The notes beneath the pieces were generated by a model that saw nothing but the letters and a program-made list of their open reading frames with translations, was not told where the DNA came from and searched no databases. Shown piece after piece: positions 58,382 to 64,000 of a stretch of 64,000 bases of DNA (position 1 is the first letter of the stretch; every line of letters begins with the position of its first letter). The translations under genes were made by a program, and so were the position numbers. This DNA comes from Anaerolineae bacterium (lineage in GTDB: Bacteria; Chloroflexota; Anaerolineae; JAAEKA01): positions 1,111 to 65,110 of the forward strand of contig JBAQCH010000385.1 in assembly GCA_049294015.1 (NCBI GenBank), written 5' to 3'.

Positions 58382-59454
58382 CATCTCAACCTGTTCTCAG
58401 CCCCGCGCTGCGCATCATCCTGCTGCTGGCCGGCGCTTTCGTTGTGTTGTGGGGCATGAGCCAATACGCGGCGTACATTCTGTCCCTCACCTTCGCCTTC
58501 CTGATCGCCCTGGTCGCGGATCCGCTGGTCAACTGGCTGCGCCGCAAGGGCGCAAACCGGGGGGTGACTCTGGCGATTACATTGGTGGTCGTCTACGTCG
58601 TGTTGGCGCTGCTGGCGCTGCTGTTCATCTACGCCGGCGCGCAGTTCATCACCACGCTGCCAGCCTACACCGATCGGGCGCAGCAGATTGTGGCCGGCTG
58701 GCAGGCGGGCTTACAGACTCTGGGGCTGGACAGCGCTGGCGCAGCGGCCCTGGCTAGCCAGATCGACCCCTCCAGGCCATTGAACTGGATTGCCAGCCTG
58801 TTGAGCTCACTGGGCAGCGTGGTCGGCAATTTCGTCACGTTGATCCTGCTGACCTCCTTCCTGTTCGTGGACGTCGTCCTCTGGCCGGGCCGCTTGCAGG
58901 AGATTGCCCGCCGCGGCCACGACTATGCCCGGCGGCTAGCGGAGTTCACCATCGACCTGCGCCAGTTCATGGTCGTCATGACCATCGTGGGCGCCTGCAT
59001 CGGCGCCCTGAACAGCGTTGTGTTCGTCCTGTTCGCCGTACCCTTTGCCCTGCTGTGGGGCGTGCTCTCCGGCATTCTGAACTTCATTCCCTTCATCGGC
59101 TTCTGGCTGGCCTTGATCCCGCCGACCGTTCTGACATTGCTAACCCATGGACCAGAGCGCGCGTTGCTGCTGGCCATTCTCTTCATCGCCATCAACGCCT
59201 TCGTTCAGAACGTGATCCAGCCCCGGCTGGTGCTGACGCGGCTCAATTTGACGCCGTTCACCGATCTGGTGGCGGTCACGTTCTGGCCGCTGGTGCTGGG
59301 GCCGGCCGGCGCCATCGTTGGCATACCGCTGACCATGGCCGTGCGCGCCTTGATTCTCGACGTGGACCCGTCCCTGCGCTGGTTGTCTGGCCTGACCAGC
59401 AGCAAGCTGCCCGACCTGCCATCCACCACCGAGAGCGCGGCGTCAGAGCAGTAA
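58378..59454 (+). CDS. AI-2E family transporter (PerM/YhhT-like permease)
   Basis: 359 aa; start overlaps the anSME stop (ATGA); typical AI-2E TM architecture. Confidence 0.7.
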
Positions 59455-59627
59455 CGGCACAGCCGTTGTTGCGCCGGTGTGTGAAACGTGGGTTAAGTAG
59501 GCCGCCGTACACCTGCACTTGCGCCGGAGCGCGGCGCAGGTGCAAGCGTCGAAACCAGCGTTTCGCACACCGGCAGAGTTCAAGCAGCGTTTGGCACACC
59601 CGGCTAGGCGACGCGACAAACCACGCC

Positions 59628-60491
59628 ATGAGTGCTCAATCTTCAGCGTCCAATTCAGAATCAGAGAGTTCCAACCAAGCGCGCCAGTTGGTCATCCATG
59701 CCAACTACGAGCTGTTTGCGCTGGCGCTGGCCGTGTTGCAGGTGGTCAACTCGGTGCTCTGGGTGCTGCTGCGCGATCGGGAAGAGGGTCGGGTGATCCT
59801 CTTGACCACGGTCGGCATCAGTCTGTTCTTTATCGCCGACAGCGCCTATCGCTGGCTGCGCGCGCCGGACCGGCGACACTTCCTGCTTGGCCGGCGGGGC
59901 TGGCTGCTCTGGCTGGGCAGCTTACCCCTGCCTTTTTTCGCCCTGCTGCGTATCTTCTGGCACTGGTGGGCGATCCGCAACCTGCGCCGCAGCGATTATT
60001 CGGACATGGTACAGATCGTGGTAGAGAAGCGCGCCCAGAGCACGTTGCTGGTCGCGATCTTCGCCGCCCTTGTCGTGCTGGAAGCCGCGGCCACCCTAAT
60101 CCTCGGCGCCGAGTCCAAGTCGGCCCAGGCAAACATTCAGACGGCTGGCGATGCTGAGTGGTGGACCATCGTCACGATGGCCACGGTCGGCTATGGCGAC
60201 AAATACCCGGTGACCGCAGCCGGCCGGGTGATCGCGGTCTTCGTGATGATCGTGGGCGTAGGCTTGTTTGGCGTGCTGACCAGCTTCCTGGCGCAGTGGT
60301 TCGTGCGCGCCCGCCAGCACGACCCAAGGCCCAGCCGCGACTCGGCCAGCGCCGAGGACATCCAGACCTTGCTGGCCAGGCTGGACTCGATCCATGCGCT
60401 CTTGGAGGAGCAGGATGCGGCGCACCAAGCCCGCAGCGCCGGCCTGCACGCCCGGCTGTCCGAGATCGAGAAAAGGTTGAGCGAGGATTAA
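59628..60491 (+). CDS. voltage-gated K+ channel (Kv-type), paralog of 52038
   Basis: pore TVGYGD; S4-like FALLRIFWHWWAIRNLRR; C-terminal coiled coil. Confidence 0.75.
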   Translation: MSAQSSASNSESESSNQARQLVIHANYELFALALAVLQVVNSVLWVLLRDREEGRVILLTTVGISLFFIADSAYRWLRAPDRRHFLLGRRGWLLWLGSLPLPFFALLRIFWHWWAIRNLRRSDYSDMVQIVVEKRAQSTLLVAIFAALVVLEAAATLILGAESKSAQANIQTAGDAEWWTIVTMATVGYGDKYPVTAAGRVIAVFVMIVGVGLFGVLTSFLAQWFVRARQHDPRPSRDSASAEDIQTLLARLDSIHALLEEQDAAHQARSAGLHARLSEIEKRLSED

Positions 60492-60505
60492 TAGCTCTTT
60501 GCTCT

Positions 60506-60528
60506 CGCCGGTTCCGTGAACCGGCGGC
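60506..60528. terminator. terminator hairpin between convergent genes
   Basis: cgccggttc cgt gaaccggcg. Confidence 0.45.
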
Positions 60529-60563
60529 AGCGGTAGCTAGGGACGCATTTACACCACCGTCTA

Positions 60564-62048
60564 CTAGGGCGCGGGGCTTTCGCCGCGGCCACTGCGGCGC
60601 TGACGCAGAGTCTTGGCCTGGGTTTGTAGCTGAGTAAAGAACTCCGTCTCTGTCACCTCGGCCACCTGGCGGGCCCGCTTGGCCTCGTCCACCTCAATCT
60701 TGAGCTGGGCAATCTGGGCTTGCAGCTCCGCCTCGCGCGCCTCCACCTTCTGCGCGGTTTCGATGGCCACGGCCGCCTGCAAGGCGATAGTCTCCAGCAG
60801 TTGCCGGCTATGCTCATCGAACTGGCCCGCCTTGGTGCTGACCAACTGCATGGTGCCCACCAGCCGGTCGCCCACCAGCAGCGGCACACCCACGTAGCTG
60901 CGCACGGGATTCTTCACCACATCGCCGTAGATAGGCTTCACGCCCGGCTCCTGGGTGATGTCGGTCGACAGAAAGCTGCGCCGGCTTTGACCGATCCCGC
61001 CCGTAAAGCCCTTGCCCAGCGGATACTTGCGTTCCCGCCAGTCGATGCTGCCTGTCAGACCCTTCCAGCCGCGCACGCGCAGCGCGTTCTCCTCCGGCAC
61101 GTAGAGACAGATCTCCCCTTCCTCGAAGGGGATCATCTGCTGCGCCCGGTCGAGGATGGTGGTGAGCGTCTCGGTCGGATCGTTGCTGCTGGCCGTGATG
61201 GCCTGGGCGATCTGGTAGACCATGCCCAATTCGGTGTTGCGCTGTTCGACCTCGTCGACCTGCACCTTGAGCTGCGCGGACATCTGGTTGAACGCGCCAG
61301 CCAGGTCGCCCAGCTCGTCGTTGGAGCGCAGCGCGATGGTTTTGCCCAGGTCGCCGCTGGCCAGCGCTTGCGCGCCCTCCTGCAAGCGTCGCATGGGCCG
61401 GTTGAAGGTGAAGATCATCGCCAGCAGTGAAAGCAGCACGCCGATGATGCCGCCGCCGATCAAGGTGGCGCCCACCCGCAGGCGTGTCGCCTGCTGCAAC
61501 AACGCCAACCGCTCGCCATAGATCACGGCCTCTACCAGGCCGATGACTTCAGGGTGACCGTCTGGGCCAGCAGCAATCAAGGGCGCAGCATAGCCATAAT
61601 AGGCGCCGAACTCGTCGGTGTATTCGACCTGCATCGGCGCCTGCTGCGCATCGTCGAAGGCCGCCATATGCGCTGGCGTGGCGTAGAAGAAGGGATAGCC
61701 CATGCCGGTGGCGTCGCTGTCCACCCAGTAATAGAGCCGGTCGCCCTCGCGGCGGTAGATGCCGACCCAGTCCACAGCGCCCGCGTCGCGCACGCGCACC
61801 AGTTGCGCCCGCACGGAAGCGTACTCCGGTCCAATCTGGTCGGACGGCTTTTGGACAGCCTGCAACGCGGCGCGATCGATCCGGTCGGCCGCAGCCGCGG
61901 CGATGGTCTGCACGCGCAGGTCCAGTTCCGCGCGGCGGCGCGTCGCGCCCTCCTGGTAGACCAGATAGCCGGAGGCCAGGGTGGTGAGCAGCAGCACGGC
62001 CAGCAGCGGCGCGATCACCTTGACGAAGATGGGGATGCGCAGGCTCAT
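60564..62048 (-). CDS. membrane sensor protein: periplasmic domain, HAMP, GAF, C-terminal coiled coil (no recognisable output domain)
   Basis: 2 TM flanking an about 160-aa periplasmic region; HAMP (LGDLAGAFNQMSAQL); GAF domain. Confidence 0.65.
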   Translation of the reverse strand: MSLRIPIFVKVIAPLLAVLLLTTLASGYLVYQEGATRRRAELDLRVQTIAAAAADRIDRAALQAVQKPSDQIGPEYASVRAQLVRVRDAGAVDWVGIYRREGDRLYYWVDSDATGMGYPFFYATPAHMAAFDDAQQAPMQVEYTDEFGAYYGYAAPLIAAGPDGHPEVIGLVEAVIYGERLALLQQATRLRVGATLIGGGIIGVLLSLLAMIFTFNRPMRRLQEGAQALASGDLGKTIALRSNDELGDLAGAFNQMSAQLKVQVDEVEQRNTELGMVYQIAQAITASSNDPTETLTTILDRAQQMIPFEEGEICLYVPEENALRVRGWKGLTGSIDWRERKYPLGKGFTGGIGQSRRSFLSTDITQEPGVKPIYGDVVKNPVRSYVGVPLLVGDRLVGTMQLVSTKAGQFDEHSRQLLETIALQAAVAIETAQKVEAREAELQAQIAQLKIEVDEAKRARQVAEVTETEFFTQLQTQAKTLRQRRSGRGESPAP

Positions 62049-63010
62049 CAGGGCACCTCGATCATGCGGCGCAGCCGGCCATCGGGCTCGAAGACCCAGA
62101 TGACGCCGTTCAGCGCGTCGGCTGCCAGCAGCGCGCCGTCAGGGGCGAAGGCCAATCCCATGACCTGCCAGTCGTCGACGCCGGGCGGCGCCAGCTCGGC
62201 CAGCGCGTTGCCCTCAGGGTCGAAGATCTGGATGCGCCGATTGGCCATGTCGCCTACGGCCAGGCGGCCGCTGGCCTCGTCCACCGCCAGGTATTGCGGA
62301 TAAGCCAGCTCGCCCAGGTCGCGTCCATAGGTCCCAAAACTGCGGCGATGCACCGCGCTGATCTCACCCTCGGGCGTCGTGCTCAGGTCGAACTGCTGGA
62401 TGCGGCTGTTGCCCGCGTCGCTGGCGTAGAGCAGGCCGCGCGGCGCATCGAAGGCCACGTCGCGCAGGCCGATGAACTCGCCCGGCCCTGTGCCCGTCGC
62501 GCCCCACAGCGTGGTCAACAGCCTGCCCTGCGGGTCGAAGATGCGCAGATGATTGGTGTTGTTGTAGACTGCGAAGATGCGGCCGGCGTCGTCTACGCGC
62601 ACGCTGTAACAGCCTTCAGCGCCGTCCTCGCCTGGCGCAGTGATCTCGCGCACCAGTCGGCCGGTGGGGCTGAAGACCTTGATGCTCTCCCGGCCGATGC
62701 TATCCTCCTGGTCGCGCCAGATGTGGCAGAGATAGATGTTGCCGGCTACGTCCAGCGCCGTGCCCCAGCCCTCGTAGATGTCGGCCGGCCGGTCGCCCAG
62801 CCTGCCGAACGCGTCGAGGCGCCGGCCGTCGGGCGCCAGATGCACGACGCGATGGTTGGCCAGCGCCATGACGTAAATGCTGCCGTCCGGCGCCAGGGCG
62901 ATGCCGTTGGGCCGCGGCGGCTGACGGCCGGCCAGGGAGCAGGCGCTCAGCAAGATAACAGATAACAGGGCGACGCTGATCCACGGGCGAAGGCGAGGCA
63001 AGAAGCGCAT
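62048..63010 (-). CDS. NHL-repeat (6-bladed beta-propeller) lipoprotein
   Basis: signal/lipobox LLSVILLSACS; repeated NHL-like blades (GRIFAVYNNTNHLRIFDPQGR, RLAVGDMANRRIQIFDPEGN); stop overlaps the sensor start. Confidence 0.7.
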   Translation of the reverse strand: MRFLPRLRPWISVALLSVILLSACSLAGRQPPRPNGIALAPDGSIYVMALANHRVVHLAPDGRRLDAFGRLGDRPADIYEGWGTALDVAGNIYLCHIWRDQEDSIGRESIKVFSPTGRLVREITAPGEDGAEGCYSVRVDDAGRIFAVYNNTNHLRIFDPQGRLLTTLWGATGTGPGEFIGLRDVAFDAPRGLLYASDAGNSRIQQFDLSTTPEGEISAVHRRSFGTYGRDLGELAYPQYLAVDEASGRLAVGDMANRRIQIFDPEGNALAELAPPGVDDWQVMGLAFAPDGALLAADALNGVIWVFEPDGRLRRMIEVP

Positions 63011-63208
63011 GGCGACTCCTGGGGTTGCGGCAAACCGGCCCGAAATTCTGGCCTGCCAACCTATGATAGCTAAAACCGACTGGAATGCGAAATCGCGCCA
63101 CAGGCTTGGCCCAGCGGTTTGCGTCGCGCAGCACATGCGGTTACAATCAGGTGGGCGCACGTGGCGTCTGTCTCACATCTATTTCATTCTGCAACGGAGG
63201 TCTTCATC

Positions 63209-63751
63209 ATGTTCAAGAATAGCCCCTGGTGGCTCGGCTTGATTCAGGGCCTTGTGGCTCTGGGCGCTGGGCTGTATCTGTTGGTCGACCCAACCGGCGC
63301 GAGATTCTTGATTGGCTTGCTGGCGGCGATCTATCTGCTGGTCACTGGCTTGATCTACACGGTACGCGGCATCATCGCGCGCCGTCCGGGCAAGAGCAGC
63401 CTGCTGCTCATCCGCGGCATCGTCGGCCTGGTGGTTGGCGGCGTTTTGGTGTTGATGGCGTTGTTTGACATCGGCACGCTCGATCTCGGCTACACGATCC
63501 TGGCCATCGGCCTGATCCTCTTCGGCGGCATGGGCCTGTTCAGCAGTCTGTTCAAGCGCGAGGGCAAGTCGTTTGCCTGGGGCCCGGTGATTGTCAGCGG
63601 CGCGCTGCTGGCCTGGGGTCTCATCGTTCTTTTCCTGCGCTCCAGCATCAATCTGCCGGCCGTCAGCGGCTGGATCCTGGTGATCATCGGCGTGGTGATC
63701 ATCGCCTACACCATGCTGGGCCGGAAGGAACCCACCAGCGAAGCAGTCTGA
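63209..63751 (+). CDS. HdeD/DUF308-family membrane protein (paralog of 97..660)
   Basis: MFKNSPWWLGLIQGLVALGAGLYLL...; GGAGG RBS; followed by a terminator hairpin gcccggtg cgaaa caccgggc at 63788-63815. Confidence 0.7.
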   Translation: MFKNSPWWLGLIQGLVALGAGLYLLVDPTGARFLIGLLAAIYLLVTGLIYTVRGIIARRPGKSSLLLIRGIVGLVVGGVLVLMALFDIGTLDLGYTILAIGLILFGGMGLFSSLFKREGKSFAWGPVIVSGALLAWGLIVLFLRSSINLPAVSGWILVIIGVVIIAYTMLGRKEPTSEAV

Positions 63752-63858
63752 GATCGATCTAGCGCCTTGGATGCAGAGGCCCGGTGCGAAACACCGGGCT
63801 TGTTACATAGACCGGCTCTCATGCCCCAGGCAGGCGGCGCCTGGAGATCACACTCTCG

Positions 63859-64000
63859 ATGGTCAAGTCCCAGCATCCCACCCCTCAGGCCTCTACCCGT
63901 GTGCAACGCGGCGCTGGCGCGCAGCCAGGCGGGCCGTCGCCGCTGCTGGCCACCAAGCTGCATCGGCCGCGCCTGGCCGCACCGCTGGTCGACCGGCCGC
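63859..64000 (+). CDS. MalT-like LuxR-family regulator, 5' partial (runs off the window)
   Basis: MVKSQHPTPQ...LLATKLHRPRLAAPLVDRP matches the N-terminal signature of the other two LuxR regulators. Confidence 0.5.
   Translation, partial: MVKSQHPTPQASTRVQRGAGAQPGGPSPLLATKLHRPRLAAPLVDRP

Noticed and set aside
62294-62965. 223-aa plus-strand ORF opposite the NHL-repeat gene
   Set aside because: Antisense artefact; the minus-strand gene has a lipoprotein signal and repeated NHL blades.

Overview
High-GC (~68%) bacterial chromosomal window, gene-dense, almost all genes on the + strand. The gene content suggests an actinobacterial or Chloroflexota-type genome (not asserted).

Supported genes, in order:
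- HdeD/DUF308-like membrane protein.
- cydAB (cytochrome bd oxidase), followed by a small RHH/DUF5678-like gene translationally coupled to cydDC.
- A DUF360(holin-4-like)-phosphodiesterase-Yip1 fusion protein and a stand-alone DUF360 paralog.
- An ABC1/UbiB-family kinase.
- A large MalT-like LuxR regulator that appears frameshifted near its C-terminus, followed by a small soluble protein and a small 3-TM membrane protein. These two small proteins are paralogous to the two genes that follow a second LuxR regulator about 26 kb downstream; a third membrane-protein paralog sits immediately upstream of that LuxR. A META/HslJ-like lipoprotein accompanies the downstream copy, and its paralog lies about 12 kb after the first module.
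- A prokaryotic pentameric ligand-gated ion channel with an approximately 300-aa N-terminal tandem-domain extension.
- argF/OTC, a GH63-like glycosidase, a ZIP transporter, a DAGK-like lipid kinase and PPK2.
- A P-type cation ATPase, toxin-antitoxin remnants, a DHA2 MFS transporter and three SulP/STAS permeases.
- A LysM-LysM-Gmad2-SH3b secreted protein and a secreted tandem-domain protein.
- A stress-type cluster (Ala-rich protein, DUF1269, LURP-one-related, SHOCT, DUF4203).
- A Cys-type arylsulfatase, with an AslB-like anaerobic sulfatase maturase about 7.7 kb away that carries a C-terminal SEC-C motif and a tightly coupled 25-aa upstream ORF.
- A ClC channel, a ktrA/ktrB deletion relic and two Kv-type K+ channel paralogs.
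- An AI-2E permease and an NHL-repeat protein in an operon with a HAMP-GAF sensor.
- A second HdeD-like protein and the start of a third MalT-like LuxR at the window end.

Non-coding structure that stands out:
- Near-consensus sigma70 promoters upstream of cydA and of the cydD-proximal small gene.
- Several rho-independent terminators.
- In-frame tandem and palindromic repeat insertions in the TMD-NBD linkers of cydD and cydC, and a GAACGATGAA-type palindromic insertion in LuxR no. 1.
- A three-copy intergenic palindromic repeat family (10.6 kb, 45.1 kb, 59.5 kb).
- A MITE-like nested inverted repeat with 11-bp flanking direct repeats (40.9 kb).
- Heptamer/octamer tandem-repeat tracts at 37.6 kb and 41.8 kb.

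No rRNA, tRNA or CRISPR array was seen.
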